From contig MU053557.1 in NCBI GenBank assembly GCA_013239625.1, positions 3,192,123-3,256,122 on the forward strand: a stretch of 64,000 bases of DNA, in the 5' to 3' direction. The first letter of the stretch is position 1; each line of letters starts with the position of its first letter. The position numbers and the translations under genes are program-made. The notes beneath the pieces were generated by a model, which saw only the letters and a list, made by a program, of their open reading frames with translations, searched no databases and was not told the DNA's origin. Below, piece by piece: positions 1 through 12,342 of the stretch. Source of the stretch: Lama guanicoe (taxonomy: Eukaryota).

Positions 1-167
1 GGGACATAGGAGGTTGTATTATAACAATGTGATAGAAAGGCCACCTAAGTCAGAATATCATGTGTCAGAAAATTGGACTTCTGAGGAAAAAACAATTTTT
101 AATTGAAGGCTACTGTAATCTACCATTTTTAAAGTAATTGCAAAATTATATGAGGCTGTCCTAGGAC

Positions 168-325
168 TATGCTTCCCAAACTAGGGGGCCATATGAGAAA
201 AATACAGATTCCCAGGCCTTGCTGTAGGCCAACAAATGTGTATTTTCTAAGCTCTTTAAATGGCTCTTATGCAGCCATCAGCCAGCCCAGCACCAAGTCA
301 CAGACCAGCACCAGGGACCACTGCC
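168..325. mobile_element. MER5-like hAT DNA transposon fragment
   Basis: GCTTCCCAAACT...AAAAATACAGATTCCCAGGCC...TGTATTTT...TCTTATGCAG...GGGACCACTG. Confidence 0.6.
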
Positions 326-1644
326 CCAGACACAGTTTGTGAAGGCGACAGAAGCGTCTCCGGCAGGAGCTTCATAATCTTAACAATCTTGGTCACTGGA
401 AGAGTTCCCTCTCAGAGCTCAGTGCTCTCCTGATGTTCGTTACCTTTCTAGCGAAGAGCTGACGTAAGCTGGGTTCTGGAAACGGGCCAGTTACTGCCTG
501 AACTGAGCCCAGCTCTGAAATACGACCAGCCTCTTACTCAGGGACATCCAAACCTGAGCCACAGTGGAGCATCACTTCCCTCAAGAAGCACCAAATGTCA
601 GCAAAGGGGCAAAAGCTACCTCAGGCCCCAGGTACACTGGGGGGATAGTAAGAGGTAACCAAGTGGAATGAACATCATTGAGGTGGCGTTATTCAAAATT
701 GTTCAGATGCGAATTCAATAAAGTTCTCTGGCTCCATCATCAGAAATCTGAACAAATGGAGCACACAGATGAAGTAGAGGCTTGGACGAGATTTCAGAGT
801 TGGGAATAAGACCCCCACTCTATGGACTACGGTATTAATATTATTATTTGCTTTCGTCAGCAGAGCAGAGATTTCAAAACCACGACTCACAGAGTTCAAG
901 CAAATGCTGCTCCTAAGAGCCCTCAGCCTGTCCCCCTTACTTACGTTAAAGTGGTTAATAAAAGTGCTTCTTATCCATTTTAACTCCTTCCAGGCATGTG
1001 GTTGCCACTACACAGGGCAGTTTAGGCAAACTGTCATCAGACACAGAAGCATCTGAAAGGCAAGTCTTGGACTGGGTGTTGAAGAATGACTCAAAGGCTG
1101 ACCAGTCCCAGGCCACATAAAACTGGACCTCCCTCATGCCGGGACATGCCTGTCTGTGAAGTCATGGACCAGCCTGAGCGAGTAACACGTGCTACGTACA
1201 GTCAAACACCAACAAGAGGAAGAAATCTGACAGCTCCAGTTACAAGTCACCCTCAACAAAGTTAGGAAGGTCAGAGACTGTGGCTGTGTGGGGCTCTTTG
1301 CTTTCTGTTCTCGGCAGCTGAAGCCGCCAGGTTCCCGTGAGAGGATGCCGGAGGAGGTGAAGTGGTCTAGACTGGAGCCTACCATGCCTGTCATGCAATG
1401 ATGTATGTAAAGAACAACGGTACTTCCAGAGCACACGGGGATAATCTGGAGGGCATATGGAGCCCAAGATGAAGATATCCAGAGCCTGAAGCCACAGGTC
1501 AAGGGCTCTGGCTGCCTGAGGTCCTGCACAGCCACCACGTCTGGGTACAACCCCGTCTTGCAGCCTTGGCGGGGTGCCAGGCGTACCAGCTGGCAAGCTT
1601 GGGTCCAGCCAGGTCCTCCCACTACTGGGAGAATCATGCAGAAC

Positions 1645-1770
1645 CCTTAACCAGGTGTGTGATCTTGACTTAGGACTTAACCTCTCAGAACTTCACTTTT
1701 TTTTTTATTACCTCGGAGTAGATAGTAACACCGAGCTCACCTCACAGGGTGGCTGCCAGGAATAAATGCA
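1645..1770 (+). mobile_element. MIR
   Basis: TGTGTGATCTTG...ACTTAACCTCTCAGAACTTCA...ACCTCACAGGGTGGCTG core. Confidence 0.6.
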
Positions 1771-2404
1771 AGGGATGAAGAGGGGAAAATGAGCATGCAG
1801 ACACGTGTCTATACAATAGCTAACACACTAACGTGTAGTAAACACCTCTAAATATTAGTTAGATTTATTCTACTCATTTACAGTACTTTAAATTTTTGTG
1901 AAAAGCCTTAAAGTAAGAAACATACTAGACAGGGACTACTGCTCCCATTTTCCAAAGGGCGAGATGTACACAGAGACAGATGACTTCCTCCAAGTGACAG
2001 AGGACATCAGTTCCAGTTGGAATTAAATCTAGGTCTTGGCAGTCTGGTGGCATCTACCTCTTGGCACCAGACTGATTTCCACCTGAGGCCACAGTAGCAA
2101 CAGACCCTGAACCTTATGCCAAGTGGCTCTTTCTGACAGGGCTCTCCTCTCTGTTGGACACTGAATCTGACAGTCCCAGTGCTGAAACTGCTGACCAGTT
2201 CTCTGCGGTAGATAACTTTAGGAATCCAATAACTTGTAAGCCACTATTAACAAAACTGGTGCATTGGACCCACCCCTTATGGCCTGAATGTGTTAATGCC
2301 GCTCACAAAGGGACCAGATCTGCAGTCCAGGGTAGCAGGGGTCCTTGAAGTTTGCTGAATACCAACCTTTTTTCCTCCACTAGAGTATGGTAAATAATCA
2401 GAAA

Positions 2405-2540
2405 AATCAACTATAAAAAATGAGGAGTTTGGGAGAAAAAAGAGAAGAGAGACAGAGAGAAACAAAGGAAAGGAAGGACGGAAGAGAGGGAGAAAAGATG
2501 GAGACAGAGATGGGGGGAGAAGAGGGAGGAAGAAATAAAC
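2405..2540. repeat. GA-rich low-complexity tract
   Basis: agagaagagagacagagagaaacaaaggaaaggaaggacggaagagaggg... Confidence 0.7.
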
Positions 2541-4584
2541 TTGTAACAAGGGATGCTGTTAAGAACAGCTGTGATTCAAACTAGACTAGAGAATGAAAGG
2601 ACGGAATGTGGAACCCAAGCCTGTTGGAGATGCTGGTTCCCAGGTTAGTCTTCCTCACCTAGTTTTCACCTTCCAGAATTCAAATTATCCCCTCCGTCTA
2701 CCTGAGCTAACAAGACTATGGCTCCCAGAGAAACCAGAGTCCTCCAGGGGTTTCTTCCCAGCCAATAAACTCAGCCCCAGAACAGTACTTAAGGTACATC
2801 TGTTTATACTCTGCAGACATCCCAGCAGCTCAGAATAAGAACTCTAATCCTAGGAAGAGAAAAAAGAGGATACACACTGGAGAAGGCGTCTTCCAAAACC
2901 AAATTTTTATTACCTGTGTTCAAATCACAAAGCAGAGACTCGGACCCTCAGTGGGGACTCCACACCCTTTTAAAAATCCAGATGAAGGCACAGGTGGTTA
3001 TTTAAAAGACATCCCATCTGGGTAATTAGATTTGGCTCCCTAAAAACACTCCCGCTCTTAAGAATACATCAGGATGGACAGACTACATGGATGGAACTTT
3101 GTTGTTTTCTTCCCCAAAGCAGCATCACTGAAAGAGAGAGAGCAGGCTCTCTAAGAGAGTCCCAGTGGACGCAGCGTGGTGTTTGGGAAAAGGTACCGAG
3201 TAGGTTCTGCGGAGACCAGTGTTCTCACGCCACTGCTGCTGTTAAGTATGCAACCTTGGGTGAGACGCACAAACACGAGCTTGAATTCTGGCATTAACAC
3301 TACCTGTGTTTGGACAAGTGACTTCAGCCACTCTATCTGTGACATGGGGGACAATGACATCTTTCTCTCAGGGTGCTGGTTAGGATTACGGGGAACCTGT
3401 ATGTAAAGGGCTGAATTCTGCTGGGCAAACTAGACATGCTTAGTTCCCATGAGCCAGCATCGTGATTATTCTCTGGACCATCATGACTGAACTTAAATTC
3501 TGGAAGTTGAACACTTATATTAATCAAAGTTGAACAGACCTCATCATAAAGGGAATTCCAGAGACGCCGGTCCCCAGCCAACCCTCGGCAACGGCTCTCA
3601 GCTCCAGCCACCAGCAGCTGAGAGTAGAGCCAAGACTTCTCCTTTTAAACCCACTCCCACTGGGCAAGTTCCCAGGGCCCCCCAGGTCATCCTTCCTCTG
3701 GAAATAACCCTCTGAGAGGAGATAACCATCTACTTGGTCTTTTCCTGCAGAAATGGGGAATGGGTGGCGAGGGCTTAAACCTGCCCCCAAACTCACTCTC
3801 CCTGCCCAATGCATGGATGTTTTTAGGCTCCTCAACGACAAATGGGCCGTTGAGACAGAGAGAAAGAGTTCAGGTCAGGGAGACAATAAGACTTCTCCAA
3901 GAGCAACACAGCATCTTGGCTCTGAGTCTTTACTGAAACCAGGCATTGTTGTACAGGGTGGCTGTTCCCGAGCCCCTGAATGGCTACAGATGAGTCTCAA
4001 AGACGTTTCTCCTTCCTCTCATCACCCAGGCTGACGATCTAGCGTGCACCACGCAGGTTAACCTGGGGCATGCCCTTCAAAACACAGCCCCCTAAGCAGA
4101 ATTCACCTCAAATGGCAAGCACTGTGTTCCCTTTCGTTAGTGAGTTTGGTTTGGCTCTGGAAGGACAGAACACGAGGTGGGAGAAGCAGTAACGCAGAGA
4201 AAGCAGGAGCCAAGGAGAGTATTAAGCAGGGCAGGGGGGCTGCTCAGTCTTCTGCACGGGAACATCAAAGCCCACCGTGTGCATCCCCCTCCACAGCAGA
4301 ACCTCACGTTAACCGTTCTGAAGATGTAATTATCAAAGGGCCAGACAAGCCATGTGGCCTGCCCAGGGTCAGACTGGAGTAGGGGCATGAAGTGTGGATG
4401 GCATCTTAATCCCCAGGCCCCGATAACCGGCTCCCAATCTTCTACAGGGTTCCAGACACAGATAAGCATAAATGGATACACAGGCTGGGAACCAGATGGT
4501 GGGGACGGGACGGGTGGGTCAGCCAGAAGGAGCCACAGAGCCACACCCCACCCTCAAGCAGGAAGGTCAGCTGGGCCAGTGAAG

Positions 4585-4895
4585 CCCAAGCCTCAGTCAC
4601 TATTACCCTATTTCCATGATCTTAGACATATCCTGACACAACCTGTACTGCTATTTATTTAATATTATCCTTACATAGATGTATTTTAAGGGCAAACGCT
4701 GTCTCACTCCCATTAATTCTAAGCCAGTGTCACTTACCAAAACCAGACACTAAACCTAGGAATGAATACAGTAAAAACATCATGAAATTCTGGCTACATT
4801 TTGCTGCCCTCCGAAGGATGGGTTCTGAAAGATGAGCCCAGATCTGCTACCTCTGTTAGAAAGAAGATTACCAAGCGTCAGGGGGTGTTCAAGAC
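4585..4895. mobile_element. Old hAT-Charlie-type DNA transposon fragment (family uncertain)
   Basis: CTATTTATTTAATATT...CCAGTGTCACTT...AAATTCTGGCTAC...CTCTGTTAGAAAG.AGATTACCAAGCGT resembles a remembered Charlie-group consensus. Confidence 0.4.
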
Positions 4896-5069
4896 AGAGC
4901 AGCACCACCCTGAGACTTCTTCCTGGATCTCTTCAGAAGGTTAGAAAAAGAATTACAAAGGGGACCAAAGTCTTCACACTGTGGTTCAGTGTCATTTAGT
5001 GCCGCCTTCCAGAACCACCTAGAATGAGCTAACGTAGCAGCAGGAAGAGCAACCCTGCACTTGAAACAT

Positions 5070-5143
5070 GGGCTGACCCGGGCCAACAGGGGCTGATCCG
5101 GACCAACAGGGGCTGACCTGGGCCAACAGGGGCTGACCCGGGC
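5070..5143. repeat. 20-bp minisatellite, about 3.6 copies (GGCTGACCCGGGCCAACAGG)
   Basis: Units at 5071-5090, 5091-5110, 5111-5130 and a partial unit at 5131-5143, with 1-2 mismatches each. Confidence 0.92.
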
Positions 5144-5332
5144 TTGTCAGAAGTAAGAACAGGGCCCCAAGCAGAGGCACAGGGACCTCCCAGGTACTGG
5201 GCAACACAGTGAGGGAGGAAGTCACTGGGGATCATGGAGAATCACTGGGTCAGAAGGCTGGGGATGTGGGGGAGGGAGGCAGATCGCGGTAAGTCTAGTG
5301 TGAGAGCACAGATGCCTGATCAGCAAATAGGA

Positions 5333-5859
5333 CATGGAAACAACATAAATGTCCATCAATACATGACTGGATAAAGAAGATGGATGGGTGTGTGCGTGTG
5401 TATATATGTGTACCTGTGTGTGTGCGCGTGCGTGTATAATGGAATACTACTCAGCCATAAAAAATAAAATAATACCATTTGCAGCAACGTGGATGAACCT
5501 GAAGATTGTCATTCTAAGTAAAGTAAGCCAGAAAAAGAAAGAAAAATACCATATGATATCACTTATATGTAGAATCAAAAAAAAAAGACACAAATGAACT
5601 TATTTACAAAATAGAAATAGACTTACAGTCATAGAGAACAAATTTATGGTTACCAGCGGGTAAAGGAGATGGGAAGGGATAAATTGGGAATTCGAAATTT
5701 GTACCACTTGGGCAGTGATGGAAATGTTAGCTATGTTGATTGTGGTGGTGGTTTCATGGGTGTCTACATCTATCAAAATTCATCAAATTGTACATCTGAA
5801 ATATGTGTAGTTTACTGCACATAAATTACGTCACAATAAAGTTGTTAAAAAATTTTTTT
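5333..5859 (+). mobile_element. 5'-truncated L1 (ORF2 end and 3' UTR) with a composite 3' end
   Basis: ATGGAATACTACTCAGCCATAAAA...CCATTTGCAGCAACGTGGATG (ORF 5388-5597 ...MEYYSAIKNKIIPFAATWMNL is the L1 ORF2 C-terminus); AATAAA and A/T tail near 5835-5860; flanking AAATAGGA at 5325-5332 and 5860-5867. Confidence 0.88.
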
Positions 5860-6379
5860 AAATAGGAAGTGCCAAATCTGGGTAACAGAAAAACACTGGC
5901 TACATCTTTAACTGGGCTCTCAGGAGGGAAAAATGGAAAAGTGGCTGCTTGAATGGAAACCAGCCATAAATTTTTTTTTTTTGATGGGGGCAGTGAGTCA
6001 AGAAAAACAGGTCAAGTTTTCAACCTAAGTTGGCAAAGCAGAACCAAGCAGGGTGAGGCATGGCTGAGAGTTCAAGGTTCAAAGCAGGCTGGGGCCCACA
6101 ACCATTCCGGAAAACACTGGGAGGGACTGTGGATTTCCACCACCTTAGGATGGGACATGGATGTGAACTATGCTTCACAGGACAAGGGGACAGGCCTCTG
6201 CCTCTGCTATTTGGGCTACATTTATTTTAAGTTTCCATACTGATTGAAAGAATATGATGTTTATAGTCCTGGAAAAAGTAAGAGAACTAACTATGTCTTT
6301 CGTATCACAGCTTAAAAATTTAGTTGCATTTACTACCATGTTTCCACATTCAGCCATTCAGAATTTAGGTACCGCCCAA

Positions 6380-6620
6380 GGGAGTCTGGAAGTCAGAGCT
6401 GCATCGGCATCTCTGCTGCTCACTTAACGGTGTGATTTTGGGCAAGTGACTTGATCCATCTCTGGGCCTCAGCTTCCTCAGCTGAGTGAAGGTATAGCTC
6501 TCTAGAAAGACCCATTCATGTGTCTGTAAAGTACAGAAAATAACGCCTACCTCTCAGGGCTACTGTGAGAATTAAAGAGCAGGATGCAGGCTTGGGCACT
6601 TAGAAAAAGCTCCCTAAGTG
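6380..6620 (+). mobile_element. MIR
   Basis: TGTGATTTTGGGCAAGTGACTTGA..CTCTGGGCCTCAGCTTCCTCA...CCTACCTCTCAGGGCTACTGTGAGAATTAAA. Confidence 0.7.
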
Positions 6621-7269
6621 GCAGGCATGACAAATATCACTACCACTGCTAATTCCACTATCGTGCTCCCACCTCCACTTCATCGCTCTGATTACATAGA
6701 TGTCCCATTAAAGGTGAATCCAAATTGCAGTACCAATGTAAGGGAGCTATTACTGTTATATACAGGGTGCCTGAGAAGTGTGTTGCTCAGAGCCAGAGTG
6801 TGAATCAGAACGTAGACTGAAGAAAAGTCAGTGCTTTAGCGATCTGATTCATGGCCATCTTTGGTCTGGATTTATATAACAGGTTTGTGTTCTATTATTT
6901 GGGGGTTTTGGTTTTGTTTTGCATTGTTCCTTTTAGGCCCCAGTTTCATGTGCTGTGGGTGAAAGCTCTCTGTCCACACACAGACTAGGAAACTGGGTCC
7001 AGCTACGTTCTACAGGGATCCTGTGTCCCATTAGCCCAACAGCCTGTGCAAAAGCCCAGAGCCCATTTCATTAAAAGGAGTGCCTGAAATTTCAACCAGG
7101 CTTTGAGTCTAGGGATGAAGAGGTTTAATAATTCATTGCTGAAAGGTACTCTTGTGTGACTGCTGGCTGTGGAGATGTTCGGTGAACGCGAAGATAACAG
7201 TAGGAAAAATAAGCCATGAACACAAAGAGTAAGGTGAAGTAGAAAGAGAGGGTAAAATTATTGACGTAA

Positions 7270-7635
7270 AGTGATCAGTGGTCTGGGGAGGTGGGGAGTT
7301 GGGGGTGAATAGGCCAACAGTCAGAGCACTGAGGGTTTTCAGGGCAGTGAAATGATTTCATAAGATACTCTAATGGGGGATACAAGGCATTATGCACTAG
7401 TCAAAACTCAAAGAAGTGACCAAAAGAAAAGCAAATCTTAATGTAAAACTGTGGACTTCCTGTTAATAACCTATCGATGTGGGTACATCAGTTGTAACAA
7501 ATGTCTAGCACACCAACATGTTAATAAAAGAGGAAAGTTTAAGGTGAAGGGAGTGAGCGTACGGGGGCTCTCAGTGCTTTCTGCTCAATTTTTCTGTAAA
7601 TCTAAAAGTGCTCTGAAAAGCAAAGTTTATTAATT
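7270..7635 (+). mobile_element. L1MC-type 3' UTR fragment
   Basis: TTTTCAGGGCAGTGAAA...CTGCTCAATTTTTCTGTAAATCTAAAAGTGCTCT; similar to the 3' end at 62620-62945. Confidence 0.8.
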
Positions 7636-8264
7636 AAGAGAGAGAGAAATGGGAGGAAAATTCTCTGGTAGAAATCAAAGGGTCTACAGAGATTCGTCAA
7701 GGTGGGTCTTGAGAAAACGGCTGACTTGGACAGACAGGTATGGTCAAAGGCAATTCTGATGAGAGTGGGGAGCCATTCTTTCATAACTGGCATTTACTGA
7801 ATGTTTCTTACATGCCAGAAACTCCTTAGAAGCTTTACGTACATTCTGTTCTATTAACCCCTCAATGAAATGAATTATCTGCTATTATCCCCCATAAGTT
7901 GAAGAAGACATGGAAGCTTAAGGGGGTTGGCACAGGGTCTGGCATCACATAATCAGTCACTGGGAAAACTAAATATACCAATTCAAGAAATGCATTTCAG
8001 GGGGAAACTTTGGAAATGGGTGGGGTCCCTTATGCTTAAGATCCTGGAACAGGGGATGCAAACAATGGCTAGTTATCGGGTTTGCCCTTTACCCCAAGGG
8101 TCCTGGGGAGCTCTGGAAGGATTTTAAGGAAATAAGTGAAATACAATCTCCAGGTTTAAAAAAAAAATACAAAGCTAACAGAATGGCCACGCTGGAGATA
8201 AAGGACAGAAGGGGTCAGAACGTAGTAACAAGTGGCAGGGGAAAAAAAAAAAAGAAACAACCTT

Positions 8265-8730
8265 TACAGCTGAAGATGCCAGGAGACAGATGGAATCCTC
8301 AGACTGGATTATTAAAGAGAGTTTAACAAAGGGATTATTTAACAAAGCGTGGGCAGGATTTAGAGAGATTAAATGGATGCACAGCATCCAGGCCCCACTG
8401 AACAGCAGGGAGCCATCCCACCTCTGGGCTCAAGGAGGCTGAAGAGGGCAGCTGAGTGGAGAGGGCGCCTTGCCAGGACCTGGGACCTCCAGCAGAGGCA
8501 CGCAGCCACTCCACTGTAACCCAGCAGAAAGGAATCAGGGGTGGGGGGAGACCCTGACTTCACTGCCCACCCTCCCTCCAATCTCCTAGTGGTGCCACGT
8601 GAACTAAATCCAGCCAGGAGCCCAAGGGCAAAGGATGTATCAGTGCAGCCCAGACAGGTCCAGGGTATGGAGGGGGGCAGAAAAACATGGAGAGGGTGTC
8701 TGGAGAGGCAAACAGAAAATGTCTAGCCCA
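8265..8730 (-). mobile_element. MaLR LTR (MLT1-type)
   Basis: GAGAGTTTAACAAAGGGATTATTT...CCCTGACTTCACT...CCTCCCTCCAATCTCCT...GGAGAGGCAAACAGAAAATGTCTAGCCCA resembles old MLT1 LTRs. Confidence 0.55.
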
Positions 8731-9359
8731 GTCCCTGAATATCCAAACACAGGACAGGATTTAATTAACTACAATACAGCCACACTATGGATTACTGTGC
8801 AGCTACCTTTGACACAGATTAAAGCTGTATCTTGAACATGTAAAACTGAAATAGATAAAATAAGTAAAGTGCAGACCAATGTGCAAAACACGACACTATT
8901 CTTGGAAAAGCAAACGAAAAATACTATATGCAAATAGGTCTATTCTGTTTTTGTGTGCGCAGGAGAAAGGTCCGGAAGAATGTGCACCAAATTATCAACA
9001 TGCGGTGAGGCAGGAAGGAGGGAGGTAGAGGGAGGAGGGATGAGGACTTGACCTCTGTCTCTGTCTCCTGTATTTCTTATTTCCTTAATTAATTTATGTA
9101 CCTATTATTTTGCTAGTTGCACAATGCATATGCCATTTCATAACTTTTAAAAGAGATTTAATAAAGAATTTTTTTTGAAAAAAGGAAAAGAACAATAAGG
9201 AGACTGCTCTGGGCCAGGTGACAGCAAGAGTGTGGATTAGAATGTGTATGGCGCACAGCCGAGGGAAACTGCGGGGGAACAGAAAGGGACGTGCCAAAGG
9301 TGAACGCGGCTTCCAGGCAGGATGGCCAGGAAGGACCCATTAACAAAAATAGAGAACAG

Positions 9360-9770
9360 ATGGATGGACTCAGAGATTATCACACAAAGTGAAGCAAGTC
9401 AGACAAAGGCAAATATCATATGATATCACTTACATACGGAATCTAAAAAAAAAAAAAAGACACAAATGAACTTATTTACAAAACAGAAAGAGACTCATAG
9501 ACATAAAAAACTAACTTATGGTTACTAAAGGGGAAGGAGGGGAGGGATAATTTAGGAGTTTGGGATTAACAGATAAACAGTACTATATATAAAACAGATA
9601 AACAACAAGGACCTACTTACAGCACAGGGAACTATATTCAATACCTTGTAATAACTTACAGTAAAAAAGAATCTCAAAAAGAATAGTTATATATGTGTGT
9701 GTACATCTGAAACTAACACGACATTGTAAATCAATTATACTTCAATTTTTAAAAAATAAAAAAAGAAAGA
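9360..9770 (+). mobile_element. 5'-truncated L1 3' end (cetartiodactyl type)
   Basis: ATGATATCACTTACATACGGAATCTAAAA...GACACAAATGAACTTATTTACAAAACAGAAA...CAGCACAGGGAACTATATTCAATA...TATACTTCAAT plus an A tail. Confidence 0.88.
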
Positions 9771-9771
9771 A

Positions 9772-9935
9772 GGGGAGGGTATAGCTCAGTGGTAGAGTGT
9801 GTGCCTAACACGCACGAGGTCCTGGGTTCAATTCCAAGTATCTCCATCAAATAAATATGTAAGTAAATAAACCTAATTATCTCCCCCACCCCCCCAAAAT
9901 AGTAATAAATAAAATTAAAATACAGTGATATTATA
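9772..9935 (+). mobile_element. tRNA-Ala-derived SINE (camelid vic-1 type), inserted in the A-tail of an L1 fragment
   Basis: GGGGAGGGTATAGCTCAGTGGTAGAG (A box) ... GGGTTCAATTCC (B box) ... AAACCTAATTATCTCCCCC plus an A-rich tail; homologous to four other copies in the window. Confidence 0.9.
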
Positions 9936-12178
9936 AAAAAAGAAATAGAAGTACTAAAAAAAAAAAAGGAAGACAGAAAGGTGAGTCACAAAGTTGGGGT
10001 GTGAGTATGAATAAGAATTTTGAGGTGCTGGTTAGCCACACAGCACATAGATAGAAATGGGGGCCTGTGATTGAGAGAATGGTCAGATGCTGATGGATGG
10101 AGCTGAATTAAGGCCACACTGAGATGGATATACCAAATGAAAGGCAACGAAGAATAGGAGGGACCTGGATTCTGGTCATAGCTCTGTGACCACGGGCAAG
10201 ATACTTCACCTCTCTGTGCTGCTGTCCACTGAGTGGGACCCATGCCCCTCTTTCAGAAGTAGCTATCTTCTTTGCTCACTTGTGCCTGGCAGCTGGCTTG
10301 GCTGGGCCTTTCGAATGACAGGGAAGCCTAGTGAATTCCCACCCCCTTGCTTCTCAGAAACAAGAAACTCTTTCACTAAATCTGAAAGCCAGCCAGAATG
10401 CAATTCCCAGAGGAGGAATGAGGGCTTGGGTCTTGGAATGTGTGAGCGGCACCTTCAAATGACAGGCAATTGCTCCCCATCTATTTGTGGAGGCCACAGG
10501 GATTCTGCTCCAAGTCTGACCTTATACTTTGAAAACTGGCAGGGGCTGCCCAGGGTTTGCGGTTCTCAGCACACAACCACTGGTTTCTGCAGCTTCCTAA
10601 AACTGGCCCGTGGTGGACGTGTTGAGAACATGCAGCTGCCATGTTCCAGCTCACACCACAAGGCTGCGGAAAGGGCTCTTGGAGAGACAGCATGGGAGGA
10701 AGGGACCATTTCAAAGAGCAGAGATGGCCCCAGTTTGCTCTTCCATGGAGTCCAGACATCAGAGGTTGGGTCTGTCCAGGACAATGAGCAAAAGGGCCTC
10801 ATCAGTCTCTTTGCAGCTAAAGGATCCAAGTGGTGAATCAGTGCCAGAGCAGCCAGCTGGGATGGTGAAAAAGAGAAGGGCTTTGGCATCACACACTTAG
10901 CTATAAAATGAGGAAAACGGCACCAGCCCCAAAGGACCGTGGTCAGGAGAAAGCCCAAACTCTGGTGCATAGGAGGTGCTCAAGAAATGCACGTCTTTAA
11001 AATCAGACTCACATCTTCTCAGCGCCTTTCACTAGGACACCTACCAACTCTCTCCTCTATTTTGAAAAGTAGCTTGATTTTTCATTTCTTTTCGGTTTAC
11101 ATATGTGCCTTAACTCCCTTTCCAGAAGAACCCAGACATAATTCTTAAGAAGGAGTATGGGGAATTCTCTTTCTTCTGGCTCTTTCTTGACACAAGAAGC
11201 AGATAACGGTAATGACGGATTCTCTGGGTCCCAGCCTTCTATCTGCCTAGGAACCCGCATATCCACACCTCTGCTTCCATTTGATAGACAGGTGGTTACT
11301 AAAGCAGTGACAATTTTTGACTCTTAGGCCCCAAACTTCTCCAAGTTAACTGACAGAGAAAACTGCAGGTGCTCTGAGAACAAGGACTTCAGATTAGGGA
11401 GACTTTGAGTGAAATGAACCCTTGAAATAAATCCAACTGAGACACCTCTTAAAAATTATAGAACTCAGAAATGAGACTAGTGGAGGCAGGGGCATTAATC
11501 CTCTAACAAAACGTTTCTTCACCTTCAACAAAGATCGAAGGCTTCACCCAATAGACACCTCCTGGAATATATTCAAGACTGCTTTCTATTCACAAATGTC
11601 ATGCCCACACCACAGGGATCGATTCCCTGTGCCTGAAGGCCCGCGGACTTCATCCCTACCTACAAAGTCATGAGTTACACTCTTCCCTTCCCAAGGATCA
11701 CTATTTCCCATTCTATGATTCTAACACCAGGAGAATAATCTTTTGGAATAGTTCCAAAGTAGCCCATTCTTTTACGACATGTCTCTGCTTAGAAACGTTT
11801 CCAAAAGTGCCGGGGCTACTGAAGTTGACAATTACAGGGGTTTGCTGCATACCAGACTAAGATGTGCATGGTGACACGTGTTAAATTGTGTCTAAAAAAA
11901 GAGCAAACAAGTTAGAAGTCACCTCAGATGCAGCAGGTGTTCATCTATGTGCTATCGCTTGTGTCTGTTACCCCAAGTCTTTTCATCTTCCATTGATCAT
12001 TTCATTCACGTGAAGTTAGACTGAGCTTGGTCGCGGTGACACAGGGGAGAAGGAGACAGACATAGTCCCTATCACCATAGGGCAGAGAGTTTAGAAGCCT
12101 TCTGATAACGCAGTTTCCTTGACACCTGTTCTCTCCAGACCACTTAGCCCAGGGCAAGCACATTAGTTTAAAGTAAAC

Positions 12179-12318
12179 GGGGGAGGTATAGCTCAAGGGG
12201 TAGTGTGCTTAGCACGCAGGAGGTCCTGGGTTCAATCCCCAGTGCCTCCATTAAAATAAATAAGTAAACCTAATTACCTCCCCCCCAAAGCAAAAACAAA
12301 CAAAAAAGAAATCAAAAA
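12179..12318 (+). mobile_element. tRNA-Ala-derived SINE (vic-1 type)
   Basis: A box and B box (GGGTTCAATCCC), A-rich tail, flanking direct repeat TAAAGTAAA (12169-12177 / 12319-12327). Confidence 0.9.
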
Positions 12319-12342
12319 TAAAGTAAAGGGACAGCACGCCTT

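Noticed and set aside
305..325. REST/RE1-like word CCAGCACCAGGGACCAC
   Set aside because: The right half lacks GGACAG and the site lies at the end of a MER5-like fragment.
1134..1637. 167-aa minus-strand ORF as a possible DPYSL3 exon
   Set aside because: No resemblance to CRMP4 exon 2 onward (SDRLLIKGG...) in the listed frames.
1799..1810. 12-bp palindrome AGACACGTGTCT containing an E-box
   Set aside because: Many 12-bp palindromes are expected by chance in this length; no supporting context.
10186..10836. 216-aa ORF on the + strand
   Set aside because: Non-ATG start within MIR-like sequence, no recognisable protein similarity and no exon structure.
11611..11631. Hairpin CACAGGGA-TCGAT-TCCCTGTG
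   Set aside because: Several 8-bp stems are expected by chance in 64 kb; too short for a pre-miRNA.
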